From NCBI GenBank assembly GCA_963667175.2, contig CAXXXF010000007.1:32001-96000 (forward strand): a stretch of DNA of 64,000 nucleotides, given 5' to 3'. This DNA comes from Candidatus Latescibacterota bacterium. Its GTDB lineage: Bacteria; Latescibacterota; UBA2968; GCA-2709665. The position numbers were made by a program, and so were the translations under genes. Below are positions 19,989 to 30,451 of the stretch, piece by piece; within the stretch, counting starts at the first letter, position 1; every line of letters begins with the position of its first letter. The notes below the pieces were generated by a model that searched no databases, was not told the origin of the DNA, and saw only the letters and a program-made list of their open reading frames with translations.

Positions 19989-22049
19989 CTATTCCACCTC
20001 AATATCCATCGCTTGGGAAGTGTCGTTACCGAATATATCTATCACTTTGACTAAGATCCTATACTTACCTGGCGATTCATATTTGTGAGAATCGCTTGTC
20101 AGCGCGAGCGTTCGATCATTACGGGTCCGATAAGCCACCCATCCCTGCATAAAGGAGTCGTTACGGAAGTCCCAGTCCACCGCCCAATAGTCGATGTAGT
20201 CGGACCACTTCGTAACCTTTTCCCGCACTTCGTCAGGGATGAGTTCCGAATTCGGAATAACAAAATCGTCCAGCTTCACCCCAATTGTCTGCTTTGTCGG
20301 CTTAACGATGACTGCATTTAGATATGCGAGCTCGAAGAAGCGCACATCGTTCCTGTCCACAGCCTGCTGTTCCATCACTTCCCGAGGAATCTGCAGGAGA
20401 ATAAGCTTTACGCCTCTTGCTCTAGCAACGTTGTGCATCAACCCTCCGCTACGCACGCTGTTCTGCCCCGCAAGACCCATCTCCCACTCCCAGCCGAGTA
20501 CATGAAGTTCCCCCTGCCTTAATCGGATGCACTCGTCAAGTCCGTGTTGTATCTCGTCGATGGTAACGGGCGCCTCGACGGCGCCTATATGCACTAGGGC
20601 CTTTCCTTTCTTCCCGTGCAGATGTACCGATCCCGAAATCGGCTGAGCGCCGTAAAGCTTAAGGATGAAAGCCAAATATTCATACAATGCACGCTCACTT
20701 ATCACCCTATTCGACTTTTCGCCAAAGGTCATACCTTGCCAGTACTGGCGTTCGTATTTACCCAGATTCAGAACCTCAAAAGGCTGGCAATTCTGTATAC
20801 CCTGTAGCCGCTTTCGTGTGACATGCATAGCCCAGCGACCGAGATCACATCCGATCCATCGTCGGCCGAGTTTTTCGGCGATGGCTAGTGTTGTACCGGA
20901 ACCGCAAAAAAAGTCTGCGACAATGTCGTTAGGTCGACTGATCCATTCAACAATCCGAGTTAACAGCTGCTCGTGTTTTTGAGTCGCGTAGTCCTTGAGA
21001 TTCTCATATGTCTTTATGTCATCCCAAACTGTGTCTCCGACTTTATCGTTACGAGGTGGAAACCAATTTTCTACAGTTCCAGTTGAAGATTTCCGGATAA
21101 ATTCCAGCGTGCGACCCGTATCCCGCCAATATTCGACCAATGACCGATCGCGCCTATCTCTTAGGAACTGGTTGTAGTTTTCTACTGCGCGTAGCGCTCT
21201 CTTTTTTTGCCATTTCCACTGTCCATGGGTCGGTGTCTCCGAAAGCAATTTATACCTCATACTAGGCCGGTTAGCACCGCTCCAGAATCGATGCCAATAT
21301 CCGTCGGGTGTCGGGCTTTCGTAAGGAACCAACAGGTTTGGGACCCTTGTACTAGATTGTGCAGAGTACCAAAGCAACACATCATGACCTTGTGGTAACG
21401 ACGAAATGACATTGAACTGTCTTTGTAGATTTTTCGTTATGGGTCTGTGAAGCACTATTTCATTTCTGAAATTGTCGGCTCCGAAAATTTCATCTAACAT
21501 CAGCCTTAGGTATGGGCTTACATTTGGCGCCACGTGAACAAACAGGTGGCTCGCCGGTGACATTAAGGATTTTATCAGTTTCAAACGCTCGTTCATCATC
21601 GCCATGTAGCTGATTAGTCCCTGTCCCCATGTATCGCGGTAAGCTTTATCCTCGACAACTGATGCCGCCTTCTCAACTCTGAGATCTTCGTCACCAACCT
21701 TTGTCGAGAATGAGAAATCCGCCCCAGTTGCAAACGGCGGATCGATGTAAATCAGATCGACCTTTCCCGAAAACCTCGCAAGTAGCGAACCCATCACCAG
21801 CAGGTTATCGCCCCAGATGAGCTTGTTTTTCCAGCCATCTTCAAACGTGTCCCCCTCCTTACCGTCGTAAATGTCAAAAAGGGAACTCTGAACCCCTTCC
21901 TTTTTTGCTTCGCGTGTGGCGCGGCTTTCGTTGACAGTCTCGATCACCTGGAAGGGTAGATTGACTCGCGGAACTTCCCTTAGAGTTCCATCTTCGTTGT
22001 ACTTGCCGGGCCAGACTAACTCAGTCCTCGCAATGTCATTCTTTGCCAT
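19989..22049 (-). CDS. mod: Type III R-M Mod subunit (N6-adenine DNA methyltransferase)
   Basis: ELVWPGK, NKLIWGDNL, IYIDPPF (motif IV) preceding DFFCGSGTT (motif I); GAGG RBS. Confidence 0.9.
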   Translation of the reverse strand: MAKNDIARTELVWPGKYNEDGTLREVPRVNLPFQVIETVNESRATREAKKEGVQSSLFDIYDGKEGDTFEDGWKNKLIWGDNLLVMGSLLARFSGKVDLIYIDPPFATGADFSFSTKVGDEDLRVEKAASVVEDKAYRDTWGQGLISYMAMMNERLKLIKSLMSPASHLFVHVAPNVSPYLRLMLDEIFGADNFRNEIVLHRPITKNLQRQFNVISSLPQGHDVLLWYSAQSSTRVPNLLVPYESPTPDGYWHRFWSGANRPSMRYKLLSETPTHGQWKWQKKRALRAVENYNQFLRDRRDRSLVEYWRDTGRTLEFIRKSSTGTVENWFPPRNDKVGDTVWDDIKTYENLKDYATQKHEQLLTRIVEWISRPNDIVADFFCGSGTTLAIAEKLGRRWIGCDLGRWAMHVTRKRLQGIQNCQPFEVLNLGKYERQYWQGMTFGEKSNRVISERALYEYLAFILKLYGAQPISGSVHLHGKKGKALVHIGAVEAPVTIDEIQHGLDECIRLRQGELHVLGWEWEMGLAGQNSVRSGGLMHNVARARGVKLILLQIPREVMEQQAVDRNDVRFFELAYLNAVIVKPTKQTIGVKLDDFVIPNSELIPDEVREKVTKWSDYIDYWAVDWDFRNDSFMQGWVAYRTRNDRTLALTSDSHKYESPGKYRILVKVIDIFGNDTSQAMDIEVE

Positions 22050-22114
22050 AATGGTGTTCCTCTTATGCACCAAAGAGAAGAGACCGATTGTTTGGGAATC
22101 TATTCCGTCCCGTA

Positions 22115-24979
22115 TCAATTGGCCACTTCTGATCTTTCGATTACGCCTTCCGAATGGCACAGCATCCGCAGGTCGCACTCCTGGCAGATTTTCGCCTCGG
22201 GTGGCGTTTCGACCGCGAACTGTCCTGTCTGAATTCGATGAACCGTCTCGTCGAAGTGCCGTCCCGCCTTTTCCACGGATTCCGGTCGGTACGGCAGGAC
22301 CATCAACGCTTGTTCCTTCTGTTCCTCAGCGGTCCAATAAAGGAGCAGACGGTCAACGTGTTTTCCGTGTCGCTGCTCCAGAATGTGCGCATACGTACAG
22401 AGTTGCCGTTTGTACGCCGAGATAAGCTCGGTGGAGTTCGTCGGACGTGGGGACGTCTTGAAATCAAGCAGTTCCAGCTTTCCGTCGCCGCCGAGCAACA
22501 GGTCCACTTTTCCGGTCAGGATGTATCCGTCCTTCTCGAGCGAGACGTCCACCTCAGTCTCAACGATCCGGTTCATTGCCTCCTGATTCTGTTGAAAATA
22601 GTTGATTACCTGGGTGAATGCCAGTTCTTTTGCTTTTTCGCCGATCGGACGCCTGCCGGAATGGTGCAGAAACCGGAACGTCCGCTCAAACAACACCTGT
22701 ATGTGTTCCTCGTTCAGCGTATCAAGCTGCCCGTCGAGCGCGAATCTGTGGATGTCCTCAATTGTCTGATGGACGAGCAGTCCGAAGTACATCTCGGCGG
22801 AACGTGAGGGGGTAAAGTCGTATTCGCGGAAGAATTGGTATTGACGAGGGCAGGTTTCGTAAACCTTCAGGTCGCCGGTGAAGCTGTAGGTCTTTTTCAC
22901 CGGCATCCGCTCCTGAGGTTCGAAGGACTGAGCGGCCAGCGTTTCCCTCCGGACGTACGGCCATTGCGGGAGCCCCTGCCAGATTGACGCGAAGTAACCC
23001 TTCGGCTGATCGTGGGCTGTAAGTACGAGCAACTTCTGCGGCCTCGAAAATGCCACGTAATGCAATCGCATCCGATCGAAGAGGGTGATCCGTTCCTCGG
23101 GCTCGAAGGGCGGGCGGTGATAGAATTGCCCGAGATGGCGGTCGATTTGCTTTGGGCTGCTAAGAGATACGGTAAGCGACCCAACCACGACCACGGGAAA
23201 CTCCAGCCCCTTCGCCTGATGGATGGTCATGACCTGAACGTGGCCCCTTGGGAACGGCCGGTCCGGATCCTCGTATTCGTTGATGCCGCCGGCGTATAGG
23301 AACCGTAAGAAGCTGCTGAAAAAGTGAAAGCGGATATACTCGCGATTCCTGTGCGTAATCACCGAGTAGTGGTAGTAGGTTTGAAAGACATTCAGCAGCT
23401 CAGAAAAAATGGCCAGGTTGCGGGCGATGTTTTCGTCGCGAACGGCACTCCTGAACGGTTCAAACGCGAGCAATCGGTAGAAATAATCAGCGGGACGCAG
23501 GTCGAGCGTCTCTCCCTCCTGAAGTGCGGCCATTTCATCTGTCCATCGTCTGAGGGCTGCGGACAGCGGGTGCGGAGGAGCGCAGTTTTCACTGAGCTCG
23601 ACAATGGCCTCGTCCACATACGTAGCGAGTTGCTTTACCACACCGGCGATTTCCCCACGCTGATCCCCATACCAACCGAACAGGACGGCATAACAGGCGA
23701 CAAGATCGCGAATCACCGGAATTTCGAAAAAGGCGCGTGCCCTTGGACAGAACGCCGGGATTCCCTTGCGCTCGAGCGCATCCGTATAGGGTCCACTGTG
23801 TTCTACGCGTACGCTATGTAGCAATAAGGCAACTTGACTGTAGTCTGAAATAATGCCGTTCACTTTCAGGAAATCGACCATGTCAGCAAATCGGTCGGCT
23901 TCATCAGTACTGTCGCTGCCCCATATGCTGATAACGGAAGGGTAATCCGGGTGCGTCCCTTCAGCGTCTGCGACGATCGTCTTGTCGTGACGGTACGATC
24001 CCCCATCCCGGTTGGACCAATCGCTTGAGGCCATCCAGCGGTCGTAGCGTTCCACAATCGCACTGTGGGACCGGTAATTGGTTGTCAGCCGTGCGATCCG
24101 GCAATCCCCGACGTTGTCCGCGAACTCCAGGATGTTGCGTACGGTCGCGCCCCTGAAGCGATAGATGCTCTGGTCCTCGTCTCCAACGACGCACAGATTT
24201 TTCTCGGTTCCCGCCAACTTGAGGAGAAGCTGTTCCTGGATGTAATTCGTGTCCTGGTATTCGTCTACCAGAAGATACCGCACGTCCGGAGCCACAGCTT
24301 CCGCTTGTGGGTCTTGCTCTAACAGCCCGTAAACATGCCTTTGCAGGTGGGCGAAATCGACCCGGTTGCCCGCCGATAGGGCCCGCACATAACGTTGATA
24401 GGCGGAACCGATCGCCGCGACGAACGAGTCGTCGGATGCTGCAAGTCGGCAAGGATCGACCAGTTCTTCCGTGATCTTGTCAAAAAAGCCGCGTGCGCCC
24501 TGAATCGCCGTCCAGCGCGTCGTCCAACGCGTGAGGAACTTGCCGTCTTCGGAAGGACCGATAATCTCGTCAAAGTGTTCAAATATGAACAGCAGTTGTG
24601 TCAACTCGTCCAGCGTTTCGTAGTTGTGTCCGAGCGCCGTGCGGTGCCGGTGTTGGGAAAGCACGCGGTCGCAGAATCCGTGGATGGTGGAAACTGTGAG
24701 CTCAGAAAGGTCTACGTCGAATCGAACCGTGCGAGCGGCTGCCGCCAGCCGGTCCCGCATTTCAAAGGCGGCCTTTTCGGTGAAGGTGCACAACACGATC
24801 TCCTTCGGCTCAGCCTTTCCCAACATCAATAGATTCAATGCCCGCAGGACGATGCTGAACGTCTTGCCGGAGCCCGGTCCCGCAATCACGAGCAACGGGC
24901 CGTCCAGATGGCCAACGACTTCCCGCTGACTGTGCGTGAGTTCCGGATAGTGCCTCAGTATGGCCGGCGTAATATTCAC
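22115..24979 (-). CDS. UvrD/Rep SF1 helicase fused to a C-terminal PD-(D/E)xK nuclease with Cys cluster
   Basis: AGPGSGKT, VDEYQD, GDEDQSIYRFRGA, TIHQAKGLEF; C-terminal CPRQY..GKVDLL..DFKT..CQECDLRMLC. Confidence 0.9.
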   Translation of the reverse strand: MNITPAILRHYPELTHSQREVVGHLDGPLLVIAGPGSGKTFSIVLRALNLLMLGKAEPKEIVLCTFTEKAAFEMRDRLAAAARTVRFDVDLSELTVSTIHGFCDRVLSQHRHRTALGHNYETLDELTQLLFIFEHFDEIIGPSEDGKFLTRWTTRWTAIQGARGFFDKITEELVDPCRLAASDDSFVAAIGSAYQRYVRALSAGNRVDFAHLQRHVYGLLEQDPQAEAVAPDVRYLLVDEYQDTNYIQEQLLLKLAGTEKNLCVVGDEDQSIYRFRGATVRNILEFADNVGDCRIARLTTNYRSHSAIVERYDRWMASSDWSNRDGGSYRHDKTIVADAEGTHPDYPSVISIWGSDSTDEADRFADMVDFLKVNGIISDYSQVALLLHSVRVEHSGPYTDALERKGIPAFCPRARAFFEIPVIRDLVACYAVLFGWYGDQRGEIAGVVKQLATYVDEAIVELSENCAPPHPLSAALRRWTDEMAALQEGETLDLRPADYFYRLLAFEPFRSAVRDENIARNLAIFSELLNVFQTYYHYSVITHRNREYIRFHFFSSFLRFLYAGGINEYEDPDRPFPRGHVQVMTIHQAKGLEFPVVVVGSLTVSLSSPKQIDRHLGQFYHRPPFEPEERITLFDRMRLHYVAFSRPQKLLVLTAHDQPKGYFASIWQGLPQWPYVRRETLAAQSFEPQERMPVKKTYSFTGDLKVYETCPRQYQFFREYDFTPSRSAEMYFGLLVHQTIEDIHRFALDGQLDTLNEEHIQVLFERTFRFLHHSGRRPIGEKAKELAFTQVINYFQQNQEAMNRIVETEVDVSLEKDGYILTGKVDLLLGGDGKLELLDFKTSPRPTNSTELISAYKRQLCTYAHILEQRHGKHVDRLLLYWTAEEQKEQALMVLPYRPESVEKAGRHFDETVHRIQTGQFAVETPPEAKICQECDLRMLCHSEGVIERSEVAN

Positions 24980-25665
24980 AGAAGTCCTGCATTCCTGAAG
25001 CTGAAGGTCTCCGAGGCGGAAACGATCAGATGGTCGACGACCCGAAGGCTGATGGTTTCAGCTGCGAGTGAAATTGCGCGTGTTACCAATTTGTCGTGCT
25101 CGCTCGGCTCAAGGTTCCCGTTCGGATGGTTGTGCGCGAGCACCACCGCCGCTGCCTCGCGCCGGAGCGCCGCCTCAACGACGCGGCGCGGATATACCGC
25201 CGCCCTGTCAATCGTGCCTTGCTGGAGCGTTTCAACGCCGTCGCGAAGCAACCGATGCGCCGTGTCGAGGTACGCGACGGCGAACACTTCGTGTTTCAAG
25301 TGGCCGATCTCCATCCGCCAGAAGTCGCTCAATTTTTCGGGTTCATTGAGAACCTGCGTTTCCTCGGAAGTCTCAAGCAGGTAGCGTGTTGCGGCTTCGC
25401 GGATCACCTTCAGCGAGACCGCGGCAACCTCGCCGATGCCCTTTACAGACTGTAACTCGGCCGGCGGGGCATCGAGGATGCCGCGCAAGCTGCCGAAGCG
25501 CTTGAGCAGCGCCTTTGCCTGCTGCTTCACGTCGGAACGAGGAATCGCCAGCGTCAACAACAACTCAACGCACTCATGCTCGGCGAATCCGGAAAAACCG
25601 GACTTGAGAAAACGTTCGCGAAGGCGCTTCCGGTGGCCATGGTAATGTGGGTCTATCGTCGCCAT
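24976..25665 (-). CDS. radC: RadC family protein (HhH plus JAB domain)
   Basis: GHRKRLRERF, VKGIG and HNHPNG..PSEHD..DHLIV motifs; GTGA overlap with the helicase gene. Confidence 0.92.
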   Translation of the reverse strand: MATIDPHYHGHRKRLRERFLKSGFSGFAEHECVELLLTLAIPRSDVKQQAKALLKRFGSLRGILDAPPAELQSVKGIGEVAAVSLKVIREAATRYLLETSEETQVLNEPEKLSDFWRMEIGHLKHEVFAVAYLDTAHRLLRDGVETLQQGTIDRAAVYPRRVVEAALRREAAAVVLAHNHPNGNLEPSEHDKLVTRAISLAAETISLRVVDHLIVSASETFSFRNAGLL

Positions 25666-25777
25666 ATTCCTGTGTGTTGTATCGGTTCAGTTGTTCACGC
25701 CGGGCGAACTCTCAGAGAATTTGTAGACGTCACGGGATCTTCGTCGGTGGCGCCAACTATAAAATACAACAGGAGTT

Positions 25778-26473
25778 TTATACAGGCATCCACCTGGTCG
25801 ATCGATAGATCCTACTTCCATTAATTTCCTCCGATAACTCCAACTCCCACATACTACTTCCATTGTCTCCATACTTGATCGATTTGTGCAATCTTCGGTA
25901 TACTTCCTCCGTAACTCGGGACGGGTAGTCTGGTGCAAGTGAACAGAGTTTCGATGCATGGTTTGCCGCGGGTCCGATCCAGACCAGATCGTTTGATCCT
26001 CGGCTTCCTGTTCGTGCGACAAACAGATCGCTAGTATCTATCCCCACGACCTGTCTGATCCGATAGTCCACATTTGGATAATACTTGTCCAATAGGGGAT
26101 TGATGATCTTGCAGACCGTGTAGTTTATCTTCAATGCCGAACGAGCGGCGGACGTATTTTTCGAGTCGCCAATATATACAGCCATTACACGATCCCCGTC
26201 ATAGGAAGTTATAACACCGCTCTCCGAACGTATCACCTTAGCAGCACAACCAAGGTATGCCTTATATATTACAGCCGCGAATTCTGGCTTATAGGCATCT
26301 ACAAGGTGGGTAGAATCATCGAGATCCGCATAGAGTACCGTACCTTCTAACTTTACGGCGTGATTACCCATCCCCAAATCTTCAGATTCCGGTACCTCAT
26401 TCCCGTCACGGACAGACCATACGTCCTTAAACGACTTCTCGACAGCTTCGGAATAATCCTCATGTAATCCCAT
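25778..26473 (-). CDS. pycC: Pycsar pyrimidine cyclase PycC (uridylate-cyclase-like)
   Basis: TVLYADLDDST, YDGDRVMAV, GIDTS and NDLVWIGPAANHASKL motifs; closely resembles the Burkholderia-type PycC as recalled; adjacent to the cNMP-TIR gene. Confidence 0.88.
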   Translation of the reverse strand: MGLHEDYSEAVEKSFKDVWSVRDGNEVPESEDLGMGNHAVKLEGTVLYADLDDSTHLVDAYKPEFAAVIYKAYLGCAAKVIRSESGVITSYDGDRVMAVYIGDSKNTSAARSALKINYTVCKIINPLLDKYYPNVDYRIRQVVGIDTSDLFVARTGSRGSNDLVWIGPAANHASKLCSLAPDYPSRVTEEVYRRLHKSIKYGDNGSSMWELELSEEINGSRIYRSTRWMPV

Positions 26474-26499
26474 TTGAACAACCCTCACTTTACGGAATT

Positions 26500-27408
26500 T
26501 TACTTTACACCAGCTTTGTTAATTGCACGGCGAAGGCTATCGCATACTGGTCCCAGCAATCCAGGGAGATCATCGGAATTCCCAGTTTTGTAATCCAAGG
26601 GAATGAGACCCAGTAAATCTGCCGGGACCTTTACTTTGCGTCCACGAGGAACAATCATGAAGGTTCGACGATGTGACAATGCACCCATGAATAGTCCCAA
26701 CTCAAAGATCACATTGTCGCGCGGGGCGTCAGTTCTCTCGCTACGGCTGATCACTTGATCGTCAGGTCCAAGAATCAATGCCGCGAAGTCGGCTTCCTGA
26801 ACCTGTTTTTCAAGTTCGGCAATCGGAAACCGAGAAGCCCCGAATACGCTGTCGGTCCATAGTCGTATGATAAGATCATCGTGATCCAAATTGGATTGGA
26901 TCGTCTGTGCGATAGGTAATGACTCAACTGAAGATCCCAAAAACAACACAGGGCGCGGATTCTTGGAAACAACCAGCTTGTTTCTTTCCCTCAGCCGCTC
27001 ACCAATCTCCATGGCAATCAGCTGCCAGACCCTCGGGTATCTATCTGCCAATGGGCGAAAGGATGCCTCCGAGACTTTGGCGACAACCGTTCGTTCAATT
27101 GCGATGATAGATGCCGAACGCCTGGCTGACGGGTCAATTAATGCCATTTCACCTACATGCTGTCCCGATGCCCTTATCGCTACCTCACGTCCGCCAACGA
27201 CAACTGAAAGTCTCCCTGCCAGGATAAGATAAATGTCATCATCTGCTTCATCCTGACGGATTAACTCGTCACCGGGTTCAAACTGAACAATCTCTGCCTG
27301 GTCAGCCAATTCCTTTGATAAGGCTTCGTTGTCATGGATGATAACCTGTTTACGTAACGCCGAAATCAGTCGATGACGACCCTGGCATCCACGAAATCTG
27401 TTAATCAT
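26500..27408 (-). CDS. pycTIR: Pycsar effector PycTIR (cNMP-binding domain plus TIR NADase)
   Basis: CNBD motif VGEMALI..RRSASI; TIR motifs LFLGSSVE and PRDNVIFELGLFMG. Confidence 0.9.
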   Translation of the reverse strand: MINRFRGCQGRHRLISALRKQVIIHDNEALSKELADQAEIVQFEPGDELIRQDEADDDIYLILAGRLSVVVGGREVAIRASGQHVGEMALIDPSARRSASIIAIERTVVAKVSEASFRPLADRYPRVWQLIAMEIGERLRERNKLVVSKNPRPVLFLGSSVESLPIAQTIQSNLDHDDLIIRLWTDSVFGASRFPIAELEKQVQEADFAALILGPDDQVISRSERTDAPRDNVIFELGLFMGALSHRRTFMIVPRGRKVKVPADLLGLIPLDYKTGNSDDLPGLLGPVCDSLRRAINKAGVK

Positions 27409-27518
27409 TCCTATCCCTTATCGAATTCCGAAAAATTCAACGACTCTGATTGCGGGCCAGATTTGTCAAAAATAACGGAGTTTAGACCTATTACGGTGAG
27501 CATTTTATAGATTACATC

Positions 27519-28422
27519 ACCTGCCTATGACCTCCGCGCACGTACTGCCGGGTTTTCAGGGTCTTCCACCCATTCCGCCGGGTTGTCAACGATATACTGA
27601 CGAATGCGATTCAGGTCCACGTCATTACGTATGACGTGTTCAAAGTAATTCCGCTGCCAGAATGGTCTGCCAACGGTGTCGCGAAAGGCGTTGATCCGTC
27701 TGGCCGAAAAGGTCTTGAAAGCCCTCACAATTTCGGGTAAACCATGTCGAGGCGCATTCTTGGATGTAGGGGCAGGTTTCAAACCTGCCCCTACCCGCGG
27801 GACGTGTACAAGTGCGTGCGCCAGGATCAGGATGGCGTGCAGGTGGTTGGGCATCAATATCCAGACGTCCATCTTCACGTGCGGATAATGGCGCGGCAAC
27901 CCTTCCCAGACAGCCTGCGTTAGTCGACCAATTTCGCTGTAGCGCATTGTGCCATTTATTACGTCACCAAACTCATACACACGATTCCGGGTGCAAATGG
28001 TGACAAAATACCCTCCAGGACGGCCGTAATCAAAACCCTTCAGGCGTATATTCCGACGACGGGACCCAGACAGATTGCCGGTGTGCATCGATGGACCAAC
28101 GATTGGGCGCTCAATACCTTTCATAGACGGTCATGCTTTCAGGTGGGTTCGCATGTCTTTCAGCGAGGAGCATTCGTGAACGCGCGGGCAGGTTTGAAAC
28201 CTGCCCCTACGAATGGGATTGAGATGCGTCTTATTACGGGGAAAATTTTATAGTTTACATCATCCTTCTCAGGTGTAGCCGGGCATTGACGTCAACCCAT
28301 TGTCGCAACCGCTAATAAAGCGCTACTTCCAGGTCCCACTCGTACGGTTCGCCGCCCTCTAATCGTGTCATCTACTTAACGCTCCCCGTAATAAGCACCT
28401 TACAGAGACTTTTACGCTAAAT
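27519..28422. repeat. ~905-bp direct repeat copy 1 (RAYT gene plus upstream region)
   Basis: Near-identical to 30887-31792. Confidence 0.9.
27525..28124 (-). CDS. REP-associated tyrosine transposase (RAYT, HUH Y1)
   Basis: RRNIRLKGFDY..YFVTICT, MPNHLH and WQRNYFEHVIR..YI..NP motifs; GTAG REP hairpin inside the gene (27766-27794) and upstream (~28184-28210); start codon uncertain. Confidence 0.9.
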   Translation of the reverse strand: MKGIERPIVGPSMHTGNLSGSRRRNIRLKGFDYGRPGGYFVTICTRNRVYEFGDVINGTMRYSEIGRLTQAVWEGLPRHYPHVKMDVWILMPNHLHAILILAHALVHVPRVGAGLKPAPTSKNAPRHGLPEIVRAFKTFSARRINAFRDTVGRPFWQRNYFEHVIRNDVDLNRIRQYIVDNPAEWVEDPENPAVRARRS

Positions 28423-28495
28423 AGCCTTGACGATTGGGTGCACGTCACGGAAAGATTATTAATGGAAACGAGTGAAACCAAGAGCAGCTCCAAAT

Positions 28496-29518
28496 TCAAT
28501 CAGGAAGCGGGTAATGATCGTAGCTGATAGGCAGGCCGAATTTCCCTTTCAGCTCAGACAAATACTCCTCTGCCTCATCATCCATCGGATTTGGACCGAC
28601 AACGACCAGATGTTTAACAACAGGACCACCGCCAATCCAAAACGCATATTCGAGCAATTGTCCGATGGCTTCTCGGATGCAAATACGCGGGACGTGTGAG
28701 GTCTTGATTTCGTAGAAACTGTAGGTGATGTCTTCGTATTTGACGACGACGTCGATGGGTAGACCATTACCACTGGGATTCTCTGTTCCTACGTTGTCTT
28801 TACCATATTTCGAAGCCAGCTTGCCATACAGTGCGAATTGCATGTCGTTGTGCCGCAGCCGGATGTTTGAGATGCCTGGATGTAATTTTGCGATAGTTCG
28901 GCGCGACTTTATTGTACAGCCGGGCTTGAAAGAGAATCCGACTGTCCCCCGCCGTTGACGCCTGAGAGAAGACGAACTATGGCCTTCAACATGCTCATAA
29001 AGCGGGAGAAGTTCGTCGAAGGTTTTCAGCACTCCATGTGGATTCCAATTGTCAGGAGTACTGATTCGTCCCAGAAATATGAATAGGTCAGGCTCATAGA
29101 GATTCATCCTAATTGGACCGGCTCTAAATTCCTTAGATCTCTCACCATTGGCCCAATGCCACATTTTCATCGTTGGATATTCATCTGGGTTCCACCCAAG
29201 GTAATCGTTGAATCGTTCGATCTTTGGATCCAGGAATCCATGTAGGTCATCAACAGAATAGGATGAACTCGGCTCAAAAGAAAACGCAACCCCGTATCGG
29301 ATTCGGTTATCTTCTATGCCCAAATTGAACTGAAGTTCTTTGCGTCCTCCCCAATGAAATGCATAACCGTCGCTATCCTTGGGAATTACCCAGCGCATAC
29401 CATTGCGATTGCCCGATCTTCCCCGAATTATCCAGCGAAGCTGTTGAAGGTTTCCAACCCGATAATCTTCTGCCAAGCTGTTCAGTTCGGTCACGATACT
29501 GCGTAAGTCTAATTCCAC
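28496..29518 (-). CDS. Putative restriction-like PD-(D/E)xK nuclease with uncharacterised N-terminal domain
   Basis: C-terminal IDVVV..FYEIKT..IREAIGQLLEY; GAGGAG RBS. Confidence 0.7.
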   Translation of the reverse strand: MELDLRSIVTELNSLAEDYRVGNLQQLRWIIRGRSGNRNGMRWVIPKDSDGYAFHWGGRKELQFNLGIEDNRIRYGVAFSFEPSSSYSVDDLHGFLDPKIERFNDYLGWNPDEYPTMKMWHWANGERSKEFRAGPIRMNLYEPDLFIFLGRISTPDNWNPHGVLKTFDELLPLYEHVEGHSSSSLRRQRRGTVGFSFKPGCTIKSRRTIAKLHPGISNIRLRHNDMQFALYGKLASKYGKDNVGTENPSGNGLPIDVVVKYEDITYSFYEIKTSHVPRICIREAIGQLLEYAFWIGGGPVVKHLVVVGPNPMDDEAEEYLSELKGKFGLPISYDHYPLPD

Positions 29519-29674
29519 CTTAGTCTCCTCGAACTCTCGATCTAAGTCGACGACGTTTCTTCTTACATTAGCCGGTATACGTGATCCGCCAGTTGTATCT
29601 TGAAGTGAGATCAGTATTCGGAGCGCTGCGGTCCTGATGCAGCGCCCGCATTTCCCGACAACGCCGGCGAATTG

Positions 29675-30451
29675 TCAATCTTGTGGATCAGTGCGATCCT
29701 CGGGCGGCTTGAAAAGGGAAATCCGGTTGCCAGCGATGTCGTTGAAGATCGCGAGCGAGCCGAAGCCGCCGGGAATCTCGTTTGGTTGCATCAGGGCCGT
29801 TGCGCCAAGACTCACCGCCTTGTCAAGATATGCCTGCAAATCGTCGACCATTACAGCAACCGAAGGGGCGTTGGGCGGCATATTATCCATGTGCTGGAAC
29901 ATGCCGCCGCCGATGCCCTCCGGCTCTTGCTCCACGAGGCGGTAGTTCATCTCTTCCATGAGCGTGGTCTTCCAGCCGAACATCTCAGTGTAGAAGTCGT
30001 TAAGCGCTTCCGCGTCTTTTCCCCCGACCTCGAAATGCACAACGGGTGGGGCATTGCCCTTCGGTGGCATCTCGCCGTCCCATTCGGCGGGCAGGGAGTA
30101 CAGTCCAATGGTGTTGTGGGCGGGGTCTGTAAACATGGCAATGGAACCCATTCCGGGCGCAATCTCCATCGGCGGCATCACGGTGGCTCCACCCAATCCG
30201 GAAAGCTTGTCCAGGGCTGCCTGGAGGTCCTCAACCTGGATGTAGAACGTCACATAGTTGCTGGCAGGCATGTCCTCGGTGGTTTCCATGATACCGCCGC
30301 CGATGCCGCCTTCGTTGGTCTGCACCAGACCGTAGTTGCCCATCTCCTCGCCCTGCGTCTGCACGTTCCATCCGAAGAGATCCCGGTAGAACTGCCGCAA
30401 GGCGGGGCCATCGGGGCCTGCGATTTGAAAGTGAACGACCGGATTTCCCAT
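29675..30451 (-). CDS. VOC/glyoxalase family protein (tandem domains)
   Basis: Two PVVHF.I/V..FY..FGW..GIGGG units. Confidence 0.9.
   Translation of the reverse strand: MGNPVVHFQIAGPDGPALRQFYRDLFGWNVQTQGEEMGNYGLVQTNEGGIGGGIMETTEDMPASNYVTFYIQVEDLQAALDKLSGLGGATVMPPMEIAPGMGSIAMFTDPAHNTIGLYSLPAEWDGEMPPKGNAPPVVHFEVGGKDAEALNDFYTEMFGWKTTLMEEMNYRLVEQEPEGIGGGMFQHMDNMPPNAPSVAVMVDDLQAYLDKAVSLGATALMQPNEIPGGFGSLAIFNDIAGNRISLFKPPEDRTDPQD

Noticed and set aside
22115-24979. Gabija GajB or cas4
   Set aside because: No OLD/TOPRIM GajA, cas genes or CRISPR array nearby.
24976-25665. JAB protein as a Cap3-like accessory of Pycsar
   Set aside because: It is a full-length RadC with HhH, coupled to the helicase gene, and no E1/E2 partner is present.
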